Of a stretch of 64,000 nucleotides of DNA, positions 37,225 to 46,257 are shown in pieces. The position numbers were made by a program, and so were the translations under genes. The stretch's first letter is position 1. The number at the start of each line of letters is the position of its first letter. The stretch is from the NCBI GenBank assembly GCA_964505635.1, contig CAZDIP010000002.1:37736-101735 (forward strand), given 5' to 3'. The notes under the pieces are model-generated. The model saw only the letters and a program-made list of their open reading frames with translations, did not search any database and had not been told where the DNA came from. This DNA is from an uncultured Candidatus Saccharibacteria bacterium (GTDB lineage Bacteria; Patescibacteriota; Doudnabacteria; UBA920).

Positions 37225-37506
37225 TTACGCGTTATTGCGACTTGCGGCTTTTGACCACTCCGCGTAAGTCCCAAACACTGTCAGTTTCCCAACCTGCACC
37301 CGAATCTTCTTATGAGGCCCCACACCCTCACCCTGCGGACGAAAATGCCCATAAGATTCCACCGCGCGATGCAGCAGTCCGTTTTCACATTGAGAAATAT
37401 GAACGGGTTCTGGTTCGTGTCCCCTAGTCAACTTCTTTCGCAGTCTAGAGGGAAACACATCTCCATCCTCATCTCCAAGAGAATACATTCTCATACAATC
37501 CTCCAA
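37225..37506 (-). CDS. Hypothetical protein in GC-rich islet
   Basis: 93 aa ORF in about 50-58% GC DNA; no motif; weak call. Confidence 0.2.
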   Translation of the reverse strand: MEDCMRMYSLGDEDGDVFPSRLRKKLTRGHEPEPVHISQCENGLLHRAVESYGHFRPQGEGVGPHKKIRVQVGKLTVFGTYAEWSKAASRNNA

Positions 37507-37994
37507 CTGATTCTACACTAGATCAGCGCCCAAAGAGCGCTCAAACGTCTACTATTTTATTCCTATTCTCCCAAACCGTCAACAGTGGATAAATTGTCTT
37601 GCGCGGAAAAATAAACAGGAATATATTAAAAATGTTATGATCTACCGCACTGCTAAGATGCGCAACCTACTTTTTTGGCTACGGCGCCGCAGGGCGCCAG
37701 CAAGGAGGCTCACATGAGACACGCGAAAACCCCCTTTCGTGGGTAACTGAGGCAGTGAAAGTCTCGCCTAAATAATATATTCTACAAGGCGAGGCAAATA
37801 GCACTCTAACCCACGAAAGGGGGTGATCACAAGCAATACGGGGCAATCCCCGGGCGCACCGCTACCTTGTCGGTCGCGCCTTTTCTTTTTACCAAAATAA
37901 AAACCGCCTTTGGCGCGGATATCGGGCGGTTCCAAAGCGTTGGAACCGCCCCTCTTGCATCCTTACAGACGCTTATTTACTCCCGAGCTTCACC

Positions 37995-38768
37995 CTAGTT
38001 AGTCAGAGTAAAATTCACGTCTATTTGCGTAACCACCTCCACCGCTTCCCCGTTAAGGAGCGTGGGGCGGTAAACCCACTGCCTTACTGCGTCTATGGCA
38101 GCGGGCACAAGCAGCGCGTGGCCTGACACAAGCTTAAGCTCCGAAATGGTGCCGTCACGGCGAATTATAGCCGTAAGCCGCACTAATCCCGAAACCCTGC
38201 TTGCTTTGGCCAATGCCGGGTACAATGGTTTTGGCTGAAAAACAAGCTGCGCGGCCATTACCTCGCCTCCCCTTTTAACCCTTACGGGTTCTTCGAAAGG
38301 CTTAGGTTTTGGCTGTGCTACAACCTGCTCTTTTGGCGGGGACGGAATACCTGCAACATTCCCGCATACCGCCTCGGGACAAAAAGGAACGCTGCCGCTG
38401 CCAGGACTGGTTGCGTGCCCGTAAACCAATTCCGGTGCTCCAAGCTCCCGGTCATTAATTTCCGCCACTTGAGCGGGAATTCTTGACGGAGCCGTAAACA
38501 CCTTAGTCGGCCTAACTGCAACAACCTGCTCCTGGTTTGAGCTGTTTGGACTCCTCGCCCCGTCTTGCTTTACAGTCTCCGGTTTTTGCGCCGGCAACTG
38601 CGTCAGCTCAACAGGGAGAAAAATCCTTTCCTTCTGTCTTGCGGGCTTAACCGCGCCCTTAACGCTGCTGGCCAAAACCAACAACGCCAAAACAGCCATT
38701 ACCACTACCACAGCCATTGGAAAACTCCACCGGCTGCCTGTTTTGTACGACAAATTGTTTTCGAACAT
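37995..38768 (-). CDS. TonB C-terminal-domain protein (energy-transducer TonB-like), GC-rich
   Basis: 257 aa; N-terminal transmembrane anchor, Pro-rich linker; C-terminal KPLYPALAKASRVSGLVRLTAIIRRDGTISELKLVSGHALLVPAAIDAVRQWVYRP matches the TonB-C fold signature. Confidence 0.7.
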   Translation of the reverse strand: MFENNLSYKTGSRWSFPMAVVVVMAVLALLVLASSVKGAVKPARQKERIFLPVELTQLPAQKPETVKQDGARSPNSSNQEQVVAVRPTKVFTAPSRIPAQVAEINDRELGAPELVYGHATSPGSGSVPFCPEAVCGNVAGIPSPPKEQVVAQPKPKPFEEPVRVKRGGEVMAAQLVFQPKPLYPALAKASRVSGLVRLTAIIRRDGTISELKLVSGHALLVPAAIDAVRQWVYRPTLLNGEAVEVVTQIDVNFTLTN

Positions 38769-39042
38769 CTTCTTAACCCTCCTAACAGGTTTTAAAGATG
38801 CCCACTTCAGGCCAGCTGTTCCACCTCTATACTCCTCTAGGCGCTCAGTGCTTTAAGGATACCGTTTCTGCCGGTGAGAGGATGGCCTTAGCCCAAAGTT
38901 TGCGCAGGGGGTGTTTAGCCCCGTAGCTTTCTTTAATTTAAGAATACACCCGTTATATTTTTAGTCAAATAAATGCCAAAATAATACTTGGCTAAACTGA
39001 TTTTGTGTTTTATACTATTCACTGATCATTAAACACTAGAAC

Positions 39043-40125
39043 ATGTCCTTCAAAATCGGCATTGTCGGTCTGCCTAATGTAGGCAAAAGTACCCTCTTTA
39101 ACGCCATTACCAAAAGCAAAGTAGAAGCAGCCAATTACCCGTTTGCAACCATAGACCCAAACGTGGGCGTGGTTGCTGTGCCTGACGAAAGACTAGCTAA
39201 ATTAGCTGAGTTAGAAAAGTCGGAAAAAGTCGTGCCTACCACAATTGAATTCGTAGACATAGCAGGCTTGGTTAAAGGCGCCTCAACTGGCGAGGGTTTG
39301 GGTAATAAATTCCTTTCCCATATACGCGAAGTGGACGCTATAATGGAAGTAGTGCGGTTTTTTGAAAACAAGGACATTATTCATGTAAACGGCAACGTAG
39401 ACCCAAAAAGGGATATGGAAACCATTGGCATAGAACTTCAGCTTGCAGATTTGCAGAACGTTGATAACCGCCTTTCATCTATTTCCCGCCAAGCCAAAGC
39501 CGGCGAAAGGGACGCGGTTATAAAAAAACAGGTTTTAGAAAAATACAAAGCTGCTTTGGAAAAAGGCGAAATGGCTAATACGGTTATATTAACCGATGAA
39601 GAAAAAGAACACAGCAAAGACATTCAGCTTTTAACCACCAAACCGTTTTTATTTGTGGCCAACAGCGAATACGATATGGCAAATAAGTCATACAAGACCG
39701 ACGCGTCATATAAGTCCTATTTGCTCGACGCAATTTTAATAGATGCGCAAATAGAAAGCGAACTGGCTGAACTTAGTGATACTGATCGCGAGGAATATTT
39801 AAAAGAGCTCGGCCTGCCGGAGTCAGGCTTAGACAAAATTATAAAAACCGCATACAAAACTTTAGGCCTTATAACCTTTATAACCGCCGGGCCAAAAGAA
39901 AGCAAAGCCTGGACATGCACAAAGGGAAGCAAAGCTCCCCAGGCAGCAGGAAAAATACACACTGATTTTGAAAAAGGTTTTATACGCGCGGAAGTTATAC
40001 AATGGAATAAGCTTTTGGAAGCAAATGGCTACGGCGGAGCCAGGGCAAAAGGCTGGCTCAGGACTGAAGGCAAGGAGTATGCGGTACAAGATGGGGACGT
40101 GGTGCACTTTTTGTTTACCCCGTAG
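39043..40125 (+). CDS. ychF: Ribosome-binding ATPase YchF (Obg-family)
   Basis: 360 aa; GIVGLPNVGKSTLFNA P-loop, DIAGLVKGAS, C-terminal TGS domain. Confidence 0.95.
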   Translation: MSFKIGIVGLPNVGKSTLFNAITKSKVEAANYPFATIDPNVGVVAVPDERLAKLAELEKSEKVVPTTIEFVDIAGLVKGASTGEGLGNKFLSHIREVDAIMEVVRFFENKDIIHVNGNVDPKRDMETIGIELQLADLQNVDNRLSSISRQAKAGERDAVIKKQVLEKYKAALEKGEMANTVILTDEEKEHSKDIQLLTTKPFLFVANSEYDMANKSYKTDASYKSYLLDAILIDAQIESELAELSDTDREEYLKELGLPESGLDKIIKTAYKTLGLITFITAGPKESKAWTCTKGSKAPQAAGKIHTDFEKGFIRAEVIQWNKLLEANGYGGARAKGWLRTEGKEYAVQDGDVVHFLFTP

Positions 40126-40169
40126 ATTTATTGTACGGGGTTTAATGTATAACTGACCAAAAAACACGC

Positions 40170-40204
40170 GATCCCCCAAAGTTCATTCTGAACTTTGGGG
40201 GATC
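40170..40204. terminator. Perfect 14-bp hairpin GATCCCCCAAAGTT/AACTTTGGGGGATC shared between convergent genes
   Basis: Lies between the ychF stop (40125, +) and the 40221-40652 (-) stop; T-run on the minus strand. Confidence 0.6.
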
Positions 40205-40220
40205 TCTGCTATTGGCTAAC

Positions 40221-40652
40221 TCACTTCCTGGGAGACGTTGGCGGTGCGGCCTTCTTCGCCTCCACCTGAGTTTGCTGATGGTACTCACTGTACCAAATCA
40301 GCCCAGCGCAGGCCAATAAAAGCGTAGAAGACAGCGCGATGCTCAAAACCGAAACAGGAAGCAACCCACCGGCGTCGCCACCCACATACTTGCTTTGAGT
40401 CTGTAGACACTGAGAGACAACAAACGAGCAGCCCCCAGTAACGCAAAGCAGAATCAACGAGTGTTCCATGTCGGTGCCGTAAAGCACCAGGCTCCATACA
40501 AAGGGACCAAAACACAACACAACACCGACCGCGCCCCTTATTAAATCTTTGCCAGGATCGTTCTTCCGAAGACCGTTTTGAAAAAACAGCCAGCCCGCAA
40601 GAAGCCCGCAAAAAACAACAGCGAGCGAAAGCAAGCCAAGATTAGTTGGCAT
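40221..40652 (-). CDS. Hypothetical polytopic membrane protein, GC-rich (about 55%)
   Basis: 143 aa, four hydrophobic helices, Pro/Lys-rich C-terminal tail. Confidence 0.45.
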   Translation of the reverse strand: MPTNLGLLSLAVVFCGLLAGWLFFQNGLRKNDPGKDLIRGAVGVVLCFGPFVWSLVLYGTDMEHSLILLCVTGGCSFVVSQCLQTQSKYVGGDAGGLLPVSVLSIALSSTLLLACAGLIWYSEYHQQTQVEAKKAAPPTSPRK

Positions 40653-40895
40653 AATCTCTCCTTCTCGTTTTACTCCACCAAAAATCTAACCCCGTCACCA
40701 AACGGGGCCAAAACTACTAAGAAAGATTTTACTTTATTTCAATAAAACTGTCTATGGTTAGACAGATATTATAGCATATTTTTATAAAAAAGTCAATAGA
40801 CAATTAGCCTTCATTTTTGCTATAATTTAGTAACAAATTAATCAATATCATATTCCCTACTCCTTTTGTGAATAGGGATAGAAAGGAATCTTTCT

Positions 40896-41402
40896 ATGCC
40901 GCGATATGAGCTTATGTACCTGTTAGGCTCGCAAGTAGCCGACACAGACGTACCAGCCATTACTGCCCAAGTCTTAAAATTCGTAGAAGACTTTGGCGGT
41001 ACGGACGTAGTAGAAGAACAGTTAGGCAAAAAAAAGTTAGCCTACCCCATAAAAAAAACCCGCAACGGCCATTATGTTGTGGTGGCTTTTACCATGGATG
41101 GGCAAAAAGTTAACCAGTTAGACGCCCGCATCCGAGCCCAGGATCAGAGCATCATCCGTTATTTACTGGTCAATTTAGACGAACACTTGGCAAAAAAGGC
41201 CAAAGACGAAGCTTTGGCTGCCAAAAACCCCAGGCGCCAGCCAGAAGAAGACGCGCCCGCAAAAACCGCTGTTTTGGAAAAGGAAGAAAAGCCCGTAAAA
41301 ATAGAAAAGAAAGAAAAAGCCGCGCCTAAATTAGTGGAACTGGACGAAAAGGCTTTAGATGAAAAAATTGAAGCCGCTTTGTCCGAAGATTTAACAAAAT
41401 AG
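40896..41402 (+). CDS. rpsF: 30S ribosomal protein S6 with Lys/Glu/Ala-rich C-terminal extension
   Basis: MPRYELMYLL...YPIKKTRNGHYVVVAF core; starts the rpsF-ssb-rpsR operon. Confidence 0.9.
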   Translation: MPRYELMYLLGSQVADTDVPAITAQVLKFVEDFGGTDVVEEQLGKKKLAYPIKKTRNGHYVVVAFTMDGQKVNQLDARIRAQDQSIIRYLLVNLDEHLAKKAKDEALAAKNPRRQPEEDAPAKTAVLEKEEKPVKIEKKEKAAPKLVELDEKALDEKIEAALSEDLTK

Positions 41403-41486
41403 TGCCTAGTGAACAGTGTACAGTGACTAGGCACTGACCACTGACCACTAATCACTGTTTAAAATTTAACATTAAATTTTAAACTT

Positions 41487-41981
41487 ATGGACTTAAATAA
41501 AGTCATGATAATAGGCCGCCTAACCCGCGACCCGGAATTAAGAACCACCCCTTCGGGCGCCAATGTCTGCACTTTGGGCATAGCCACCAACTATGTTTAT
41601 ACCAACCAGCAAACCGGACAAAAAGTTGAACAGGTGGAATACCACAACGTAGTACTATGGAGAAAACTGGCCGATATTGCCCACCAGTACATGAAAAAAG
41701 GCCGCCGGGTTTATATAGAAGGTCGCTTGCAAACCCGCTCCTGGGACGGACAGGACGGCCAAAAAAAGAGCCGCACGGAAATTATTGCCGACAATATGAT
41801 CATGCTAGACAGCGGCCAGGCCGGAGGCCAAAACAGCGGCTATAACAGCCCTTACCAAAAGCCTTCAAACAACCAAGCGCCTAAAAACGAAACCGCGGTT
41901 GAATCCCCCGCCCGGCAAGCCGAAGAACTGCCTACTATTGTACAGGGCGAGGACATTAACGTGGAAGATATTCCATTTTAA
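41487..41981 (+). CDS. ssb: Single-stranded DNA-binding protein
   Basis: 164 aa; OB fold (VMIIGRLTRDPELR...NVVLWRKLADIA), Gly/Gln-rich tail ending DIPF. Confidence 0.93.
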   Translation: MDLNKVMIIGRLTRDPELRTTPSGANVCTLGIATNYVYTNQQTGQKVEQVEYHNVVLWRKLADIAHQYMKKGRRVYIEGRLQTRSWDGQDGQKKSRTEIIADNMIMLDSGQAGGQNSGYNSPYQKPSNNQAPKNETAVESPARQAEELPTIVQGEDINVEDIPF

Positions 41982-42029
41982 TTAACTGAGTTAAATAAAT
42001 TAATTTTACAAACACCTATCAACCACATT

Positions 42030-42266
42030 ATGAGACCTAATAACCGAGATACCCAACCGGCGCAAAAAAAACAATGCTATTTTTGCTCCAATAAACTAAC
42101 CACGGTAGATTACAAAGACACACAAATGCTGCGCCGCTTTATGTCACCGCATGCCAAAATTATGAACCGCGGGCGCACCGGCACCTGCCCCAAACACCAG
42201 CGCGTGGTAGCCACGGCATTAAAGCGCGCACGCCATATGGCGCTTTTGCCTTTCGTCGCGGCATAG
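42030..42266 (+). CDS. rpsR: 30S ribosomal protein S18
   Basis: 78 aa; CYFCSNKLTTVDYKDTQMLRRFMSPHAKIMNRGRTGTCPKHQR. Confidence 0.92.
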   Translation: MRPNNRDTQPAQKKQCYFCSNKLTTVDYKDTQMLRRFMSPHAKIMNRGRTGTCPKHQRVVATALKRARHMALLPFVAA

Positions 42267-42361
42267 CCTAAGACTGAAAGGCAAAATAAACCAATAACTG
42301 ATAATTTATAACTCATGACAGTTATCAGTTATTTATTATTAGTTATTAGTTAAATACTACT

Positions 42362-42922
42362 ATGGATTTAAACGATTTAAAAATTGGTACTATTATTCTC
42401 TGGGAAAACCAGCCTGTGCAGGTAATCTGGTCTAACCGCATGCGCACCGCGCAAAGAAAACCGGTGATGCAAACCAAATTGCGCAATGTAATAACCGGCA
42501 AAGTCTATGAATATTCTTTTAAGTTTGGCGAAAGCATTAAAGAAGCAGACGTTGTTCGAGAAAAAGCCGGATTTTTGTATGCCGACGAGAGCGGAACCCA
42601 TTTTATGAATCAGGAAAACTTTGAAACCGTAGATATTGCCAAAGAAGTTACCAAGGAGCAGGAAAAATTTTTGAAGGAAGGCATGGAAGTCAGTATTTTA
42701 AAATTCAACGGCCAGCCTGTATCCATAGAACTGCCAATAAAAGTTGAGCTTAAAGTAACCGAAGCTCCGCCGGATACCAAAGGCAATAGCGGAGGCAACG
42801 TAACCAAACCGGTTACTTTGGAAACCGGGCTTGTGGTAGACGCTCCCATGTTTATAAAAGAAGGCGATGTCTTACGGGTAGACACCCGCACCGGAGAATA
42901 CGTAGAACGCGCCGCTCAATAA
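42362..42922 (+). CDS. efp: Elongation factor P
   Basis: 186 aa; three-domain EF-P with KOW-like N-domain (IILWENQPVQVIWSN...KLRNVITGKVYE). Confidence 0.93.
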   Translation: MDLNDLKIGTIILWENQPVQVIWSNRMRTAQRKPVMQTKLRNVITGKVYEYSFKFGESIKEADVVREKAGFLYADESGTHFMNQENFETVDIAKEVTKEQEKFLKEGMEVSILKFNGQPVSIELPIKVELKVTEAPPDTKGNSGGNVTKPVTLETGLVVDAPMFIKEGDVLRVDTRTGEYVERAAQ

Positions 42923-42937
42923 TCTTTCTGGACAATT

Positions 42938-42974
42938 TAAAAGCCCTCCCGCCTTAAGGCGGGAGGGCTTTTAA
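42938..42974. terminator. Bidirectional rho-independent terminator AAGCCCTCCCGCC-TTAA-GGCGGGAGGGCTT
   Basis: 13-bp perfect stem between convergent efp (+) and the 782-aa repeat protein (-), with flanking A and T runs. Confidence 0.8.
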
Positions 42975-42985
42975 TATGCTTAAAC

Positions 42986-45334
42986 TTACCTTAAACGAGG
43001 ATCGTTGTATTCCATAACGGACAGAATAGGTCTTTGGAAATCATAAATATTAGCCGGAACAATATTCCCGCTCTCTCCGCCGTTGTTAACAAACACTTCC
43101 CAGGAAGAAATGGGTATTAAACCCAGTTCATGAGCAAAATAAATGGTGTTGCCGCTTTTTAACCAACTGCCCCAAGGATGAGCAATTTTAGTTGAATTAA
43201 CCACATAGCCACTGTCTACCAAACCGGTATCATAAACGCTTGCTACGTTGGAGGATTTATAGCCAAGCCCCCAAAACACGCTCATGTTCTTAAAGCCGGA
43301 TTTGGTATTTTTATAAACTATGTAAATAGTGGCGCCTTCCTTAATTAATTTGCCGTTTTTATAGGTTGTCTGGCCCAGCACGCCGCTTCCGTAAATGACA
43401 AAACTGGAAATAGCAGAGCGGCCGAAATTGTCATAAGCCCTGACGGAAAAAGTTGAAGTATTCGCGGACTGAGGAGTGCCGTAAAGCTGGCCTTGCGGAC
43501 TTAAATTAATGCCCAAAGGCAGCTGCCCTGACACAAGCTGAAAACTGTACGGAGGATTACCGCCGTAAACAGAAAGCTGGTGGTTGTAATATTGGCCTAT
43601 TGTCATAGCCGGCAAAGAAGCCGTGGAAAAAGTAAGGCTGCCGTTATAATTAGTGCCTGATCCGACGCTAACGTAAATAGTCCCACACAAATTTTGATAA
43701 TTCTGGCAAATAGTCAAATTTCCGCTGCCCGAAGACAATCCGTAAATATTAACGCTATTGCCGCTAATGCTGGCGGAAAAAGCATTTTGGTTGCTGCCCG
43801 AAGAAACATAATAATTGCCGCTGCCATATATATTAATGCTTACATTTTGACCCTGTTGAAGGCTTACATTATTCTGGCTAAAACTTAAATTGCCCCCATA
43901 AGAGTTGCCGTAAACTACGGCAGTTAAGTTTCCACAGACCGAGCTGTTGCCGGACTGGCAGACCGTTATGTTAGCCGTACCTGAACTCTTGGCAGTTAAG
44001 GTCATTTGATTGCCGGAGACCGAAGTACTCACCGCAAAGGTGTTGCTGTTGGAAGAAACATAATAATTGCCGTTGTAAGCGTTGGAAGAATAAATGCTTA
44101 AAGTCATGGTTTGACCTGAATATAAGGTAATGCTGCTTGGACTAAACCACACGCTGCCGCTACCAGAACCGCTGACTGTGACATAAACGCTGGCGCAGCC
44201 GCTGTTATTGTTCTGACAGACGGAAATAGTGCTGTTACCATAATTTTGGGCGGTTAGATACAAACTACTCCCGCTTATGCTGGCTGCCACGGCGTTGGAA
44301 TTAGAGTTGCTGGAAATATAATAACCACCCAAGGAAGCGTTGCTGCTGTAAATGCTTAAAGTGGAGTTTTGCCCGTAACCCAATGAAAGAGTGGTTTGAC
44401 TTAAAGACACATTGCCATAATTGCCGCTACCGCTGACTGTCACATACAAACTGCCGCAAAAACCTAAAGAAGAATGGCAAACGCTAATAGTAGCATTGCC
44501 GTTTTGGTTGGCATAAAGATTAAGTACGCTCCCGCTTATGCTGGCGGACACCGCGTTTGAGTTGCTGTTGCTGGAAATATAATAATAATTGCTGGTGTAA
44601 GAACTTACTGTGGCGCTGCTGTTTATAGATACAGCCAAACTTTGCCCGACATAAAGGCTTGGATTTTGCGGACTGAACCACACATTACCATAATTACTGC
44701 CTCCGCTAACCGTGACATACAAATTACCGCAGGTTCCGGAATTATTTTGACAAACGCTTAAAGTGCTGGAGCCTGAGCTTAAACCATAAAGATTAATGCT
44801 GCTGCCGCTTATGCTGGCGGAAACCACGCTGGAATTGGAGTTACTGGAAATATAATATGTGCCGTAATAAAAGTAAGGCTGATTTATGGTAACCGACAAA
44901 TTTTGGCCTACATTTAAACTGGGGTTTTGCGGACTAAACGTAATACCACCCACGCAACCATAGCCGGAATTACAACCGCCGCTGCCGTACAGGTAAGCGG
45001 TATTGGAAGAAACATTATTTACCTGAGCATAAAATTCGCTTAAGCCCGTACCCAAATATGTGCTTATATTCAAATAGCCGTTTTGGTCTGTCTGGCCGAT
45101 TGGGTCTACTACCGTTGACCAAATGCTGGAATTAGTCGACCTGGCATACAAAACAACCCTGGCATAAGAATCGGCATTGCTGACATTCACCCTAAAAGTG
45201 CCGTCATAACCTTCCTGGCTAACGGAAAGGCTGGGAGTCCTTCCGTAATAATACTGCGCGGCAGCAAAAGGAGCCGCTGTGGTTACCGCTGTCGCCAAAA
45301 CAGCCAAAAGTAAGCCAATTTTTATTAATTTCAT
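42986..45334 (-). CDS. Large secreted repeat protein (782 aa) with about 7 tandem roughly 75-aa Ser/Asn/Gly/Tyr-rich Ig-like repeats, each with a Cys pair, and a distinct C-terminal domain
   Basis: Signal peptide; repeats like SASISGSSINLYGLSSGSSTLSVCQNNSGTCGNLYVTVSG; putative Ig/cadherin-like PLGINLSPQGQLYGTP; no sorting signal. Confidence 0.7.
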   Translation of the reverse strand: MKLIKIGLLLAVLATAVTTAAPFAAAQYYYGRTPSLSVSQEGYDGTFRVNVSNADSYARVVLYARSTNSSIWSTVVDPIGQTDQNGYLNISTYLGTGLSEFYAQVNNVSSNTAYLYGSGGCNSGYGCVGGITFSPQNPSLNVGQNLSVTINQPYFYYGTYYISSNSNSSVVSASISGSSINLYGLSSGSSTLSVCQNNSGTCGNLYVTVSGGSNYGNVWFSPQNPSLYVGQSLAVSINSSATVSSYTSNYYYISSNSNSNAVSASISGSVLNLYANQNGNATISVCHSSLGFCGSLYVTVSGSGNYGNVSLSQTTLSLGYGQNSTLSIYSSNASLGGYYISSNSNSNAVAASISGSSLYLTAQNYGNSTISVCQNNNSGCASVYVTVSGSGSGSVWFSPSSITLYSGQTMTLSIYSSNAYNGNYYVSSNSNTFAVSTSVSGNQMTLTAKSSGTANITVCQSGNSSVCGNLTAVVYGNSYGGNLSFSQNNVSLQQGQNVSINIYGSGNYYVSSGSNQNAFSASISGNSVNIYGLSSGSGNLTICQNYQNLCGTIYVSVGSGTNYNGSLTFSTASLPAMTIGQYYNHQLSVYGGNPPYSFQLVSGQLPLGINLSPQGQLYGTPQSANTSTFSVRAYDNFGRSAISSFVIYGSGVLGQTTYKNGKLIKEGATIYIVYKNTKSGFKNMSVFWGLGYKSSNVASVYDTGLVDSGYVVNSTKIAHPWGSWLKSGNTIYFAHELGLIPISSWEVFVNNGGESGNIVPANIYDFQRPILSVMEYNDPRLR
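43400..45000 (-). repeat. Tandem in-frame roughly 225-240-bp coding repeats (about 7 copies) inside the 782-aa gene; boundaries approximate
   Basis: Repeated DNA blocks encoding ...YISSNSNSNAVSASISGS..LYA..NGN.TISVC...CGSLYVTVSGSGNYGNV..S. Confidence 0.6.
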
Positions 45335-45394
45335 AAGTTTAAATATTTAATTGTTTAGCATTATATTATGGTCTAACTAAAAGCTTTTGTCAAC

Positions 45395-46153
45395 ATGGCT
45401 TATTTCCTTTCTTTACAGAAAATTTCAAAGATACTAAAATTAATAAATTGCAATAACTTGCATGCCTCTGCTACGGCAGAGTATCCCTCCCTTCGCGGGA
45501 GTACACCAAGGAGTGACAAGATGGAGTTTACGATCCGTTGTCTGGAAACTCGCGAGAGCGTCAAGATAGATGAGGCCGTGCTCAAACTCGTAACAGTGCT
45601 GGTAGACGAAAAAAAGGTTGATTGCGAGAACCCTCTCCGCCTGACAGCGCATTACGCAAACGGTGGGAACAAGCCTTTCATCGGGTTTGCTTGGGACTAC
45701 CCACAAACCTTCCGTTATAGACAGAAAGGCGCTTGGCCAACACGGTTTCACGCAGCGGTGCCTGTTGCAAAAGGCACAAACGCTATAGATCTGATGCTGC
45801 TTGTTTATTACAGGCTCTCTGCAATGCTCGTCATGCACGGAATCCATTTCAGCTACAGGTACGACACCTGCTGGTGGTTCCGGGTCGACACGTCTGGTTT
45901 TTCTCGCAATGTTCTACTTGCGCCGATTGAAGAACTCGAGCTCCGAGAAGAGACTCTGGCCGCCGTCAAAGAAAAATTCCTTGTTACAACTGCAAGGGAT
46001 CTAGCTATGGTAACCCAAATCGAGCTTGAAGTGGCCGGTCTCACCGAGACTGCCCTGAAAAACCTGCAATATGCGCTTGGTCAGGTGGGGCTTTGGTTGG
46101 GTATGACCCAATGGCAGCTTGATCACTTCATTCCACCCGAGCGCTTTAGCTAG
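45395..46153 (+). CDS. Hypothetical protein (moderately GC-rich); possible true start at MEFTIRC (about 45521)
   Basis: 252-aa ORF; no recognisable motif; followed by a strong terminator. Confidence 0.4.
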   Translation: MAYFLSLQKISKILKLINCNNLHASATAEYPSLRGSTPRSDKMEFTIRCLETRESVKIDEAVLKLVTVLVDEKKVDCENPLRLTAHYANGGNKPFIGFAWDYPQTFRYRQKGAWPTRFHAAVPVAKGTNAIDLMLLVYYRLSAMLVMHGIHFSYRYDTCWWFRVDTSGFSRNVLLAPIEELELREETLAAVKEKFLVTTARDLAMVTQIELEVAGLTETALKNLQYALGQVGLWLGMTQWQLDHFIPPERFS

Positions 46154-46183
46154 TAAGTAAAACAAATCCTAAACTTTTTAGGT

Positions 46184-46221
46184 CAGTCTGGAGACGAAAG
46201 TGCTCCAGACTGTTTTTTTAT
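46184..46221 (+). terminator. Rho-independent terminator CAGTCTGGAG-loop-CTCCAGACTG + TTTTTTT
   Basis: 10-bp perfect stem with a 7-T run. Confidence 0.75.
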
Positions 46222-46257
46222 ATTTGATTTTATTTTAATGCACTAAATTAGTTAGAC

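Noticed and set aside
38769-39042. Possible mobile-element boundary or integrase remnant between the TonB-like gene and ychF
   Set aside because: No ORF with recombinase motifs and no inverted or direct repeats found. Only a compositional transition.
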